Source: a virus
Direction: 5' to 3' (one strand)
Virus record (IMG/VR): IMGVR_UViG_3300035670_000022
Span: 32,001-96,000 of that record
Length of the DNA: 64,000 nt
The notes below the pieces were generated by a model. It saw only the letters and a program-made list of their open reading frames with translations. It ran no database searches and had not been told where the DNA came from. Positions 19,101 through 28,906 of this stretch are shown here, one piece after another. Position 1 is the first letter of the stretch. Each line of letters begins with the position of its first letter. The translations under genes and the position numbers were made by a program.

Positions 19101-19871
19101 CCCAGGGCGATTATCTAAGAAGTAATCTCCTGGACGCAGCAGTATAGAGACTTCTTGAAACCGGTCATTATCTTCGTCTTCTTGAGTATCAGCAACATAG
19201 GAGCTAAGAGCCGCTTCGAGGAGCGCACGTTCAATAGTCAAGAAAGGATATCTGGGATCTCTTCCGTCGTTCTCTAGACTGTCGTCACCAATAGCTTGAT
19301 CCACATAGATGGTCGTGCCACTGTGATTCCGAGAGACAAGTTCTCGTTCGTTCTTCCAACTTTCTAGGTAGGACGGAGTCACCGCTGTTAGTTTGCTGGT
19401 CGCACTTAAGACTTCATTCTCTGTAGCGATGCGAATAGTTCCGTCTACTTCTTCTGTTGCCTCTAGCGGCGTTACTCTTAAATACTTGGTGCCATCATGG
19501 ACAAAGAAGGCCTGATCCGTGGTCCGTAACCACATCTCTCCTGTCTCTAGGAGCTTAGCCCGACCTGGACCTTGTCTATGGGGAACAGTGGGAGATGTTG
19601 TCCCCGACGTGTCGTTGGTGACGATTACTTTACCGATACGAATAACTTCGTCTTCCAACGCTTCTTTAGACTCTTCTCCGACGCGGAGATAGATACCCGG
19701 CGCGCTGTTCAATCCTCCCTGTTTACTAAACGAGTTAACTGTAATCTCATTTTTATACATCGCATCGTCGCCGGCGGATCGTGGGATGCCCACGGCGGGG
19801 ACGACATCCTCTTCGGAGGTGCGGCGGAGGATAATTCGCGTCGTATCGTATTCTTGAGGATGCTGCGCCAT
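16155..19871 (-). CDS. Tail protein paralogous to 6382..13272, with C-terminal tail-collar domain
   Basis: PFLTIERALLEAA, PRGVSIIGQDL. C-terminal VPIGGIIMWSG...LCDG...TPDLRNRFIIGAG...NLPPYYALAYIM. Confidence 0.85.
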   Translation of the reverse strand: MAQHPQEYDTTRIILRRTSEEDVVPAVGIPRSAGDDAMYKNEITVNSFSKQGGLNSAPGIYLRVGEESKEALEDEVIRIGKVIVTNDTSGTTSPTVPHRQGPGRAKLLETGEMWLRTTDQAFFVHDGTKYLRVTPLEATEEVDGTIRIATENEVLSATSKLTAVTPSYLESWKNERELVSRNHSGTTIYVDQAIGDDSLENDGRDPRYPFLTIERALLEAALSSYVADTQEDEDNDRFQEVSILLRPGDYFLDNRPGAPNLENLFKHDFGNVGPINPIDSEATVTAIEPQTGRVTLSTSVVGQVFRHTQIYNTSGGSAIIDAFEEDNVIIVRSVRGAWGNGDAVIYSDYSVFNPPTGGVIVPRGVSIIGQDLAKCSVRPRYLGDFEKWEESLGPCSCSEEGTTSRFKLTGSSYIANITLKDNPLKRETHHLCVGFSFASTSDLSNPDYGYYSKVGAGLGRTISPDFDAASFTSVALETSIAVLEAGKEDRDSDGFLNVNNIVGTSPYLSNCSLVSRFGACGLKIDGALVEGFKSMTIEKYTNISTQEDERAFLEATTAQDIRIYKEAWRHTGIEATNDGFGQILSSFTVCAAEHYRVKSGGELSLANCFTNFGETAFSAEGHSLNPMPQDTGFTISRFIPPLPLDTNEVKYTLGTLAGVNGTLRLLFSEALNLSSLSPYIVESGDKLYVDGDDGAVYTATATGNFGVESDGTHYAQVETEENLIAGQIQNLAGKRVYFKRLPDQRNNQQKIFWLELSGITSSKRLPPQSYVLRLDDYSNLEPISIVEVTSTAPDGSAAPSGSCYLGVMKASSIVEKPVSLYPNSDPNEPDDNPPNSLTYLAVKAILQAIGVNEETSVTYTTPQTEPQTIKNLQGESVTLRVSFTKPSTIRAFNTTTEWIGYGNYDTGLLKYQDVSLTKEEERVKLKRETKGGKIYHTGMNHNGTYIMGDKYINLLTGEEESLSNDGSIATQRFNKMVVSSGLDVAANATLDLSRSTILIDNETRFSYPIPKTAQTYASVTQPGFIQIAEPTDFDSSNLAATPAQVKTIKDLYTELAEQRHLYAEELLQALSARIDELVGVGGLPESQVSTGGAVPIGGIIMWSGDIDAIPVGYYLCDGENNTPDLRNRFIIGAGGSYGLTATGGEQETRLTKSHLPSHGHELDIAQEYVVGVKYPESFAPGDLSQVPAGQTLALVASLQVPSLDTEEAVTVITETEGENEPITNLPPYYALAYIMRYA

Positions 19872-19901
19872 AATAAAAAGTTAGATTAAGTCTAAGTTGT
19901 C

Positions 19902-20264
19902 TTAAGCGGTGAATTGAAAGTCTAAGAAGCTATTGTCGTCTAAATACCAGGATGGATAGCCTTGTATAAAGGACACCACGACATCTCCATCTGATTCCAC
20001 ACTTTCCGGCTTAAGAATACTGTTAAAGGTAGCTAACACCCAACTATTGTTAATATACTGCCACCACTCTCCTGTAGCTCTTACATAAACTAATGGCTCT
20101 CCATTGCCGAGTCGAAGAGCTGACAAGGATGAAAGACTCTCTACTGTGTCAACTGCTAGAAGTCCCCCCGCACCGTATTGGGAGAAATGAGTTGGGTAGG
20201 TATCTCGATCATCTAGAGGCGCGATGGGGCCTGTTAGTCCAATGGAGTTAGGTATATTAGCCAT
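19902..20264 (-). CDS. Small virion structural protein
   Basis: 120 aa. The DDRDTYPTH...GG motif and LVYV....WWQY are typical of phage tail accessory domains. Confidence 0.6.
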   Translation of the reverse strand: MANIPNSIGLTGPIAPLDDRDTYPTHFSQYGAGGLLAVDTVESLSSLSALRLGNGEPLVYVRATGEWWQYINNSWVLATFNSILKPESVESDGDVVVSFIQGYPSWYLDDNSFLDFQFTA

Positions 20265-20353
20265 TACTCATTTGCTTCAGTTCTTAATCTAGCTTAGTCG
20301 AGCTATTGGATAAGCTGAGTTTAGGTTCCCTGCTGTTGTTAAATGGTACTTTT

Positions 20354-22792
20354 ATGACTGACTACACTTCATACAAGATAGAGATTATTGAAGGAATCAA
20401 TGATGATCCGGTTCCTGCCAATTTTAACAATAACGGTCGGGGACCTAATGGCTCATACTTTATCCAGAAGTACAACGCATTCCTAGATGCAGCTAGTGCC
20501 ACAGTTGATGCGGATGAAACTGTTAAAACCTCAGCGACTGACACCACAGCTGGCTTTTTACAGGACAAGTTAGTTGCTGGCGATAATATTACGATTACAC
20601 TGACTGCTCCGGGAGAGAACGAGTCTTTAACTATTGCTGGGGCTGAACCCCATGCTATTAAGAATGGATTAAGTGAAGCCGGCTTTTTTACGGTGGATGG
20701 GTTGTTTGAAGTGACTATCGCCGGAGCAACCTATGCACGCTGGGATTTAGGTAATCCAGTAGGATCTACCGGCTGTATAGCTATTGGTGAAGATGCTCTC
20801 TTAACACCAGATGTTGCTGCCTATAACATTGCTATTGGTACCGAGTGCTTAAGATTAACGACTGAGGGAACAGATAATGTAGCCCTTGGGAGTTATGCTT
20901 TATCGGCTAATACTACAGGCTGGCAGAATACTGCCGTAGGATCCTACTCGCTTTTACTCAACACCTCTGGTAGTGATAATGTGGCGATCGGTTGCTTTAG
21001 CCTATGGAATAATACTGTGGGCGTAAAGAATATCGCTTTGGGCGACTATGCTCTGCGGGACGCAGTAAGTGCCAGCGCTAACGTGTGTGTCGGACACTCT
21101 ACAGGATTAAAAACAACTGGTGAGACAAACACTTATGTTGGGTCTGAGTGTGCGATGGCGAATACATCAGGAGGAGCCAACACTGCTCTTGGTTATTATG
21201 CTTTAGCTAACAGCGAAACAGGCAATTGGAATGTAGCTGTTGGTAGGGACGCAGCGTTTGGAACGGCAGGCGTAAGTGTCGGCGGGCTTGTTGCTGTCGG
21301 TGCGCAAGCTCTTAAAGTTACAGCTGCTTCCGACAACACTGCAGTGGGGTATCAAGCACTAACAGATACCACTACTGGGGTTAATAATGTGGCTGTTGGG
21401 CACACCGCTGCTTCAACTTTGACCACAGGCAGCAATGTTATATGTATCGGACAAAACGCTCAGCCCTCAGCGACTACGGTTTCTAACGAGATAACGTTAG
21501 GTAACGCGTCTATCGCTTCTTTAAGAGTGCCTGGACTTGGCTTTGAATTAGGGAATTGCTCTGCTGCTACAGATGGGCAGATTTTAACTTACGATGACGT
21601 GTCTGGTAATTGGATTCCAGGGACAGCAGCGAGCGGTGGAGGAACAGCGGTGCCTCCTGGTTATCTGCAAGTTTACGCTGCAGGTGATGTTATAGGTCTG
21701 ACTAGTAGTAACGAGTGGTACGGTGGAATAGTTGAGCTTGGCTATAACGCATCATTCGAAAGTAACGTATTTTTTGGGCACAATTCTCTAAAAGAAGCGT
21801 ATAACAACATAGATGGTCCGCTTTTCACGTCTGTTGTTAATAGTGTGTCTATTGGACGTGATTGCAATACTCAACCTCTAGCTGATGGATACATCGCTAA
21901 TAGCGTGTCTATTGGTTATTTAGCTGGTACTAGCTACAGTATGCTTAACGGTTGTGTATTTGTAGGTAACACTGTTGGACCGCAGCAAACGGCTGAAGAA
22001 AACGGAATCTGGCTTCAGGGTTCTGTAGTAATCGGTGCAGGCAGTGCTACTAATGCGACTGCGTTGGATGGTTCAGTTATTATTGGCAAATCCGCTGCAA
22101 ACTATTTAACAGACGGTTTAAGTTGGAATACTGTCGCAATAGGCTCTTCTGCTCTTCAAAATACAACAAGTTCAGCAGATGCAGTAGCTATTGGGTCTGC
22201 AGCCGGACAGTATACAACCTCAGGTACCCAAAATGTTTTTGTTGGACGCTGGGCTGGACAAAGATGCACCACAGGTTCTTACAACGTCTATGTAGGTCCA
22301 GAGTCGGGACTTTATGCTTTAGGCACAACTACGAATACAACAGGAAGCAACAATATCTGTATAGGTAGACGAGCCTATTTATCGGCTGCTGATGTCAGTA
22401 ACGAGATAACTTTGGGTAACACATCTATTACTTCTTTACGCTGCGCTGTTACTTCTATTACGTCTCTCTCTGATGTTAGAGATAAAAAGGATATACAAAC
22501 GCTGCCTGTAGGGCTTGACTTTGTTAATACTTTGAATCCCGTCCAATTTACCTGGAACACTCGTGACGGGGCTAAAGTCGGACAGCAGGCAGCTGGGTTT
22601 ATTGCTCAAGATTTACAAGAGGCTCAATCAGGCAATGAGTATCTCAATCTTGTTCTTGATAACAACCCTGATCGGTTAGAAGCCACACCCGGTAACCTGA
22701 TTCCTGTCTTAGTCAAAGCAATACAAGAGCTGGCTGAAAAGGTCGAGCAGCAGTCTTTAGAGATCGAAGCGCTAAAAGCACAAGTTGCTTAG
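20354..22792 (+). CDS. Tail fibre with NxAxG beta-roll repeats and C-terminal S74 intramolecular chaperone
   Basis: Many N(T/V)A(V/I)G..AL repeats. SDVRDKKDI...LNPVQFTW...GFIAQD...LVKAIQEL. Start placed at ATG 20354. Confidence 0.88.
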   Translation: MTDYTSYKIEIIEGINDDPVPANFNNNGRGPNGSYFIQKYNAFLDAASATVDADETVKTSATDTTAGFLQDKLVAGDNITITLTAPGENESLTIAGAEPHAIKNGLSEAGFFTVDGLFEVTIAGATYARWDLGNPVGSTGCIAIGEDALLTPDVAAYNIAIGTECLRLTTEGTDNVALGSYALSANTTGWQNTAVGSYSLLLNTSGSDNVAIGCFSLWNNTVGVKNIALGDYALRDAVSASANVCVGHSTGLKTTGETNTYVGSECAMANTSGGANTALGYYALANSETGNWNVAVGRDAAFGTAGVSVGGLVAVGAQALKVTAASDNTAVGYQALTDTTTGVNNVAVGHTAASTLTTGSNVICIGQNAQPSATTVSNEITLGNASIASLRVPGLGFELGNCSAATDGQILTYDDVSGNWIPGTAASGGGTAVPPGYLQVYAAGDVIGLTSSNEWYGGIVELGYNASFESNVFFGHNSLKEAYNNIDGPLFTSVVNSVSIGRDCNTQPLADGYIANSVSIGYLAGTSYSMLNGCVFVGNTVGPQQTAEENGIWLQGSVVIGAGSATNATALDGSVIIGKSAANYLTDGLSWNTVAIGSSALQNTTSSADAVAIGSAAGQYTTSGTQNVFVGRWAGQRCTTGSYNVYVGPESGLYALGTTTNTTGSNNICIGRRAYLSAADVSNEITLGNTSITSLRCAVTSITSLSDVRDKKDIQTLPVGLDFVNTLNPVQFTWNTRDGAKVGQQAAGFIAQDLQEAQSGNEYLNLVLDNNPDRLEATPGNLIPVLVKAIQELAEKVEQQSLEIEALKAQVA

Positions 22793-22844
22793 GCTTAGGA
22801 CATAGCTAAACTGTATTTATTCCCGTAGGTAAAACTATTATCTT

Positions 22845-23111
22845 ATGCCTCTACATAGCGAACGAACCCCGGAAGAGATTTTGGCGCAAGACATTGCTGG
22901 CATGGACGACAGCAAACTGCTTCTTGAGCAGCTCTTAGCAAATTCAGTAACTGAACAGGACGACTTAGACACTATTTACCGCAATTATAGACATCTTGAG
23001 ATTCTATTACAGCGTGAGAATATTGTCGCTAGTGCCTTAGACGCTGCGCCTTACCAAGTTGTTATTGATTCATCGTCTGCCTATTTGACTTCTCTTAACT
23101 ATGCACCTTAA
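22845..23111 (+). CDS. Small tail-fibre-associated protein
   Basis: 88 aa directly after the fibre gene. Confidence 0.6.
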   Translation: MPLHSERTPEEILAQDIAGMDDSKLLLEQLLANSVTEQDDLDTIYRNYRHLEILLQRENIVASALDAAPYQVVIDSSSAYLTSLNYAP

Positions 23112-23218
23112 TGTGGAAACAGAGAGTAGTACAAAAGCAAACGACCCAGTTCTCGCCTCTGTTACTCTGGGTTTAGGCGTGCTCACAGCCATACCAAGTC
23201 GAGGCGGGAATAAATAAA

Positions 23219-23977
23219 ATGCCTACTGTGTGGAAAGACTTAGCAGGTACTCTGCAGACGATGTTGAAGTTTGGCTCTCATCGTCTGTTTTCGAATGCGG
23301 ATAATAACGCCGTCGAGGTACAGAGCCGCTTTGGGACACAGACTTTGATGACAGTGGGAGTAGACAGCTATGTTTTAGCTGGGGTTAACTTCTACGCAGC
23401 AACTGAACCTCCGACGACTGGAGACTACACAGAAGGTTCTATTGTCTGGAATAAAGAACCAAGTGCTACAGGAATTATTGCTTGGTATTGTCAGGCATCT
23501 GGGACCCCAGGTAGTTGGCTGCCTATCAACTCTTCAGGGCAGTTGTCTGTACAGACTCACGCAGACTTATTAGCTATTAATCCGCTGCTACTTAAGCAAG
23601 GGTACATCGCCTACGTTATAGACGAGGGGCTGCGCTACGAGTATTTAGACGGTAATTGGGTAGTTTTAAATACTGCTGGGAACTTAATCAACTATCAAGT
23701 TATTACGACGGCGAGCATCACCTTAGGTGCTAACTCTTCTTATATTCATCATTTAGACCCTAACGGAGAATCTAGAGATATTTTGATAGATACCGGCTCG
23801 AGCAGAGAGTTTAAGATACTGAATTTAGACGGAGCATATCCTTTAAGAATTATGGATGGAGAGACTGCGGTTTTTGAACTCAGTACTTTATCAAACGTCC
23901 TAGAGGCAACAGTTAGTTTCTCTAATAACACAATACGAGTCTCAACCTATCCAGGGGCGCTATTAACCCTGGGCTAA
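23219..23977 (+). CDS. Tail-associated structural protein
   Basis: PTTGDYTEGSIVWNKEP...W.C..SGTPGSW motif of phage tail proteins. Confidence 0.7.
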   Translation: MPTVWKDLAGTLQTMLKFGSHRLFSNADNNAVEVQSRFGTQTLMTVGVDSYVLAGVNFYAATEPPTTGDYTEGSIVWNKEPSATGIIAWYCQASGTPGSWLPINSSGQLSVQTHADLLAINPLLLKQGYIAYVIDEGLRYEYLDGNWVVLNTAGNLINYQVITTASITLGANSSYIHHLDPNGESRDILIDTGSSREFKILNLDGAYPLRIMDGETAVFELSTLSNVLEATVSFSNNTIRVSTYPGALLTLG

Positions 23978-24003
23978 GCTAGTTTTATCTGAACCCTAAT
24001 TGT

Positions 24004-24588
24004 ATGCCTCTAGTTGCTGTCTTATCACCTGACGACGAGAACCGTATCCTACGCTTTAGTGATACGGACGAAGTGTTGTTTAATGTGCCACTAAACGAGG
24101 GTCTATTTCCTATGGGCTTCACTGTATTTTTGGTCTCTTCTGGAGCAACTACGATCGACGTTGTTCCTGAAGAACCTGGCGTTAGTCTTCCTGTTTATAC
24201 GCCTCAACTGAATAACCCTAATGACTTAGGCGTGCTTCGCAATGTAGACGGCTCAAACTCATGGTCTTACGTGGTAGCCAGACCGTATACCGGGGGTGAT
24301 ATCAACGAAGAGTCTATGACTGGAAACTTAGTCCTCGATGATAGTGCTTCTATGTGGCAGGTGCTTAAGTGTAATGGCAGCAGCCGCGTTGTTAATATTA
24401 CAGCTACGATTCGGAGCAAAGAGTTCTTAATCATCAACGACGATGATAGCGGCGATAACACCTTAACTCTTCAAGACGCGGGAGTCCCGTTTGATACGTT
24501 ACGCCCCGGAGAATCTCTCTGGTGTAAGCGGTTGACCACTAAATGGATAGCATTGAGGTTTGCACAGCATGGCATTTCAAGTACTTGA
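24004..24588 (+). CDS. Tail-associated beta-rich protein
   Basis: 194-aa ORF in the structural operon. Confidence 0.65.
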   Translation: MPLVAVLSPDDENRILRFSDTDEVLFNVPLNEGLFPMGFTVFLVSSGATTIDVVPEEPGVSLPVYTPQLNNPNDLGVLRNVDGSNSWSYVVARPYTGGDINEESMTGNLVLDDSASMWQVLKCNGSSRVVNITATIRSKEFLIINDDDSGDNTLTLQDAGVPFDTLRPGESLWCKRLTTKWIALRFAQHGISST

Positions 24589-25318
24589 TCGCAGGATTAC
24601 TTACCGAACTAAAGAGATAGCCTATTCAGATACAGTGGGTGGGACTTACGTGTTGACCCAAGAGGATTACGCGTATTGGCTAAAAGTTGATACTTCCTTA
24701 GGGCAGATCAACCTGAGTCTCCCCTCAGATTTACAGTCCGGCTATTACAACATTGTCGAAAATGTTGGTCCTTATTATGTCATGTTTGTCACTGATGCCG
24801 GGCAGACTCTACAAGCCACTCATAACTACATAGGCGTTACAAATTGCACGGGTCACGTCTTCTATGAAGGAGACAATATGTGGCGGCTGCAGGGAGCGTT
24901 AGGAAATCTTGATAGCAGTTCTCTAACAGACGTTGTTATTCCTGTTGGGGCTAGACAGGACCGGTCAGTAATGACCTATAACCAGACCGTCGACAAAATT
25001 ATTTTATCTTCTGGTGTACCCCGGCGTTTTCACCGCTTTGAATATAATAACTACACTACAGCGAACAACGACTTCGGCTATGTCTTGTTATTTGACTCTA
25101 CGTCAGCGGGGTCAGATATCACTGTATATCTAGAAGACGGTCTTGAATTTCTGATTGACTATAATATTACCTTTCATAACCTAGGACCCCATAACGTTCT
25201 GATCACTACCAGCGGCTTAATCTTGGGAAGTTCTTCTACTACTATTCCAGTAAACGGACGGGTAGAAGCGGAGCTAGTAGACACAGGTAAATGGGTCATT
25301 TGGGGGGATCTAGTGTAA
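24569..25318 (+). CDS. Tail-associated protein with two similar beta modules
   Basis: Two modules ending WRLQGAL and WVIWGDL. ATG at 24569. Confidence 0.65.
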   Translation: MAFQVLDRRITYRTKEIAYSDTVGGTYVLTQEDYAYWLKVDTSLGQINLSLPSDLQSGYYNIVENVGPYYVMFVTDAGQTLQATHNYIGVTNCTGHVFYEGDNMWRLQGALGNLDSSSLTDVVIPVGARQDRSVMTYNQTVDKIILSSGVPRRFHRFEYNNYTTANNDFGYVLLFDSTSAGSDITVYLEDGLEFLIDYNITFHNLGPHNVLITTSGLILGSSSTTIPVNGRVEAELVDTGKWVIWGDLV

Positions 25319-26196
25319 TGTTCTCCTTTCCTACAGTATTTAAGCAAGGATCCGTTGGGGACCCTGAAGTTTACATCTGGTTCTATGACGGTGAAGGTGG
25401 TTGGTCCTATGGTTATACCTTTGATGGTGTTAACTACACTCCGGCCAGTGAGACCGTTCCTAAGCTGTCAGACTATAATCCTGTGCCTAAACGCCCAGTT
25501 ATAAAACCGCGTAACGTCACAGGAGGCGGAGGCGGAGGCGGAGGCGGAGGGGCGCCCACCAGCACGTTTTCTCCATCTATATCTGTTCCAGATGGGACTA
25601 TAGTTTCTTACTTTCCTCCTGTCAGCTATACCGTTACCTGTGAGGAAGTAACTGTATCCGGAGGGCAAGAAGAGACTCTATATAACTTAGACTTCATTGT
25701 CTCGATGAAAGTTATAGATCCAAACACCCCTAACTACACGAACCCAACTCTGAATGGGCAGGTCATATTAGACGCTTACTCTTCTATAAGAATGTCTTGT
25801 GCTGGACCTATTTGGGGGTACGGTGTCTTTGCAGATAACACAACGCATCCCAGTAGAGTTTATCTCTTCGCTAAACACCAAACAGGAACAACAGTGGATG
25901 AAAACGGAGTAGAGTCTCCTGTGTTGGCGGAGCAAAGAACTTACGTTACCAGCCCTTTTTTAACATCTGATCCTAGGGACGGTGTTAGTCCTGTCGCCTT
26001 TCTTTCTGGAGACTATGAGATATACGACGTTAAGGTCCTTTCTAGTTCTATAAAACGTGCCGATGGACTTGAAGATCCAGTAGGTGTAACTCTCACGGCT
26101 AAAATATGCACTCTAATTATTCGAGATCGAAGCGGTGTGCTCTTTGAAAGGCAATACTACGGTGAGCCCCGTGTAGGATTTGGCTCTTGGCTGTAA
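25318..26196 (+). CDS. Structural protein with poly-Gly linker
   Basis: TAATG coupling to the upstream gene at 25316-25320; GGAGGC repeat encodes a 10-Gly run. Confidence 0.65.
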   Translation: MFSFPTVFKQGSVGDPEVYIWFYDGEGGWSYGYTFDGVNYTPASETVPKLSDYNPVPKRPVIKPRNVTGGGGGGGGGGAPTSTFSPSISVPDGTIVSYFPPVSYTVTCEEVTVSGGQEETLYNLDFIVSMKVIDPNTPNYTNPTLNGQVILDAYSSIRMSCAGPIWGYGVFADNTTHPSRVYLFAKHQTGTTVDENGVESPVLAEQRTYVTSPFLTSDPRDGVSPVAFLSGDYEIYDVKVLSSSIKRADGLEDPVGVTLTAKICTLIIRDRSGVLFERQYYGEPRVGFGSWL

Positions 26197-26254
26197 GCGA
26201 TTAAGCTTGGTGTAGGTCCGGTTCAGGTTGTATTCGAACAAAAAAAAAAAAACA

Positions 26255-26593
26255 ATGACTACTAAAGTTATCCAAGCGTCCTCCGGCGACTTACCCTACG
26301 GGGGTTTTATTGAGTCTATAGCTAATCGGACCTACCCACTTTTTAAACCAGATAAAACCTATATCATTAAGTCTCTACGCGTAAAAAGTGGGAGCGGCAC
26401 TTGTACATGGTCGATTCAAATTGATGACGTTGATGTAACTGGCTTAAGCGCTATTGCTGTTTCAAGTGTTGAGCAGGTATTAACTGCAACAGCAGCCAAC
26501 CTGATCTCCCCTGGACAAAGAGTCACTATTGTCTCCATCAACAACGATAAAGCAATCGATGTTGAGTTCACCATTATGTTAGAGACAGCGTGA
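26255..26593 (+). CDS. Small beta-sandwich structural protein
   Basis: ATG at 26255 after an A13 run. Confidence 0.65.
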   Translation: MTTKVIQASSGDLPYGGFIESIANRTYPLFKPDKTYIIKSLRVKSGSGTCTWSIQIDDVDVTGLSAIAVSSVEQVLTATAANLISPGQRVTIVSINNDKAIDVEFTIMLETA

Positions 26594-27021
26594 TGCGATG
26601 GTACTTTATCCAAAATCTGATCCAACCTGATTGGCCTTTTTACTGCCCTCAGGAAATTCCTGATTACTTAGTAGACTTTAATATAGTCTATAGTTTTACA
26701 GACACTAATTATTGTCTGCAAACACTGCCTGACTATGAGATTTCTGGTGTAGGGGTTATTCAGACTCAAACCGATACAGATTATTGTCCACAGGATACGA
26801 CTGGGTTTTTTGATATTGATTACGAACTTATAACAGAAGTGCAAGCAGATACAGACTACTGTCCACAAAACACTAATCTATTCTTTAATATAGACTTAAC
26901 TTATTGTGCTCAGGACTTAACGGTATTAAATCGGGACATCATAGGTGCGCCGCCTTACAATATGGCTAGTGAATTGGTCTATTGTCAACAAGATTTAACT
27001 GTATTAAATAGGACTCCTTAA
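26590..27021 (+). CDS. Protein with internal YC(P/A/Q)Q(D/E/N) repeats
   Basis: About 6 YCxQ repeats; GTGA/ATG overlap with the upstream stop. Confidence 0.6.
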   Translation: MMRWYFIQNLIQPDWPFYCPQEIPDYLVDFNIVYSFTDTNYCLQTLPDYEISGVGVIQTQTDTDYCPQDTTGFFDIDYELITEVQADTDYCPQNTNLFFNIDLTYCAQDLTVLNRDIIGAPPYNMASELVYCQQDLTVLNRTP

Positions 27022-27023
27022 TT

Positions 27024-27956
27024 ATGCCTTTACCTGATTATTCTCCCCGTTCCGACAGCTTTGGCAATTGGTATTTTGGTGGGTTCCAACTGGATAGTCA
27101 GGTGGAAGCTGGTTATGGGGCAAATATAAATTTAGTTGCAACCGTATCCGATTGGGAAACTTATCTGGATGCTGCTTTAGGATCAACCAATTGGACAAAT
27201 ATTGCTCCTACGACTACTACTGCTAATTGGTATTTCAGGTTTGCTAACCCGTGGGAACCATCTACTGATACAATGAGCCATCTTAATTACAGGTTTTGGC
27301 ATAGTGTCCAGTACAATAGAAACTATTTGAATACCAAACTGTCAGGAACGCCCAATGGAGGCACTTATGGAGGGTCTGGGTTTGCTCCTTATGGGACTGG
27401 CTTTTGTATATTTGCTGTGGCTAACCTGTATGGCCTGTGGATAGTCCGCGCCCAAAATTCAACCAATTTAGGACAGTTGACCTCCAGCGTAAATTCCACT
27501 TACTATGGGTGGGTAAAAGATCCTGTATTCCCCACAAATACCAGCGACAGAATTAGAAACTGCGTGACAGGGCAAGGAATTGGTAACTCAGGCGGAGTCA
27601 GCAGTTCATTTTTAAGCTGCAGCGGTGAAGGCACAGTCGCACTTACACCTGTAGTGACAAACTCAGTAATTACCTGTCAAACATCGACGCCTAACGCAAA
27701 CGTCACTGACCTTTGTGTTCTTGATCCTGCCGTTTCTTACCTAAATATAGGGTCTTTACACAACTCTCTATTCTATCCTGGCACCGGCTTAACCGTTGGG
27801 CAGATTTATCGTATCCCCCCAGCGTCAGACCCCGACGGAAATACCGAACAAAATATATGGCTTTGTGCTGGACAGGTTTATGGATGGAATGGTAGTGCGG
27901 GGACCACTAATGCTGGTTATAAGCTAATCCGTGTCTGGTCTAATAACATCACTTAG
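27024..27956 (+). CDS. Putative receptor-binding/tail-tip protein, paralog 1
   Basis: Distant similarity to the next two ORFs (SD..GN.Y.G N-terminus; TD..V.D...Y..IG; L.R.WS C-terminus). Confidence 0.6.
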   Translation: MPLPDYSPRSDSFGNWYFGGFQLDSQVEAGYGANINLVATVSDWETYLDAALGSTNWTNIAPTTTTANWYFRFANPWEPSTDTMSHLNYRFWHSVQYNRNYLNTKLSGTPNGGTYGGSGFAPYGTGFCIFAVANLYGLWIVRAQNSTNLGQLTSSVNSTYYGWVKDPVFPTNTSDRIRNCVTGQGIGNSGGVSSSFLSCSGEGTVALTPVVTNSVITCQTSTPNANVTDLCVLDPAVSYLNIGSLHNSLFYPGTGLTVGQIYRIPPASDPDGNTEQNIWLCAGQVYGWNGSAGTTNAGYKLIRVWSNNIT

Positions 27957-27969
27957 GAGGTAACTAACC

Positions 27970-28893
27970 ATGACCGTGTATTCCGACGCACTCAACAATA
28001 AGTTTCTGGGTAATTGTAAGTGGGGTAATCATGATATTAATTACTCCACTGCGAACTACCCAAAATTCGTATCTGAAAGGGTTTGGTACACAGATTGGTA
28101 TCAAGATATGATAGACTTATTTTCAGCGGCGAGTTATACAAATATATCTTCTATTGTTCCTACGAGTCGAAATGGGTCTGGTGAATGGAGAGCGACACCT
28201 CCCGACGTCTCTAGCGAGTATTTTTACTACGGTCAAAGTAGTTACAATCTCACAACACTAGGTATTTCAAATAAGTTGATAAAAACTGGACATTACCATT
28301 TTTATGAGAATGGTGGCGGTTCTCCAGGTATTGACTACGCTGCTTGTATTAACAGTAAGTCTTTAGCTTTACAGACACTAACTGTTTCAGACAACAGAAG
28401 TAACACTTTAAGTGCTAGTGCCCGGTTTACTTATATGGGAAAGCTGGAAGACGTCAATAACAATTTTAATTACTATTCTGCAGGTGTTATAAATCATTGT
28501 ATTCTTATTTATCTATACATGAATAATAACCTGTCGTTTTCGTCGGCATCTCTAGTCGGCATCGACTCAAGTCGTAGTAAGCAGAGCCATTATATTGTTA
28601 GTGCCCAAAAAGAGCTACTTCAAACAGGCGATGCCATCTACCCCATAGCTTGTTCTAACGGTGCTACCCCCACAGGGCAATGGGCAACAGATATGTACGT
28701 CTTCGACAATAACCCCGACTTAGGTTATCCCTGTATCGGTCGTGTTCCTAATATGCTATTAGGGGTCGGGACGTTTACTTACCTCAAACCTGTTGAGTTG
28801 ATTACCGCACCCGATGCCGGTAGTAACCTGTGGTTGCCTGTGGGAAGCTGGGGTGGGAGTCGTACATTATTAATGCGCTGTTATTCCGAATAA
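27970..28893 (+). CDS. Putative receptor-binding/tail-tip protein, paralog 2
   Basis: RBS GAGGTAACTAAC; conserved termini shared with 28907..29866. Confidence 0.7.
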   Translation: MTVYSDALNNKFLGNCKWGNHDINYSTANYPKFVSERVWYTDWYQDMIDLFSAASYTNISSIVPTSRNGSGEWRATPPDVSSEYFYYGQSSYNLTTLGISNKLIKTGHYHFYENGGGSPGIDYAACINSKSLALQTLTVSDNRSNTLSASARFTYMGKLEDVNNNFNYYSAGVINHCILIYLYMNNNLSFSSASLVGIDSSRSKQSHYIVSAQKELLQTGDAIYPIACSNGATPTGQWATDMYVFDNNPDLGYPCIGRVPNMLLGVGTFTYLKPVELITAPDAGSNLWLPVGSWGGSRTLLMRCYSE

Positions 28894-28906
28894 GAGGTAA
28901 CTAACT

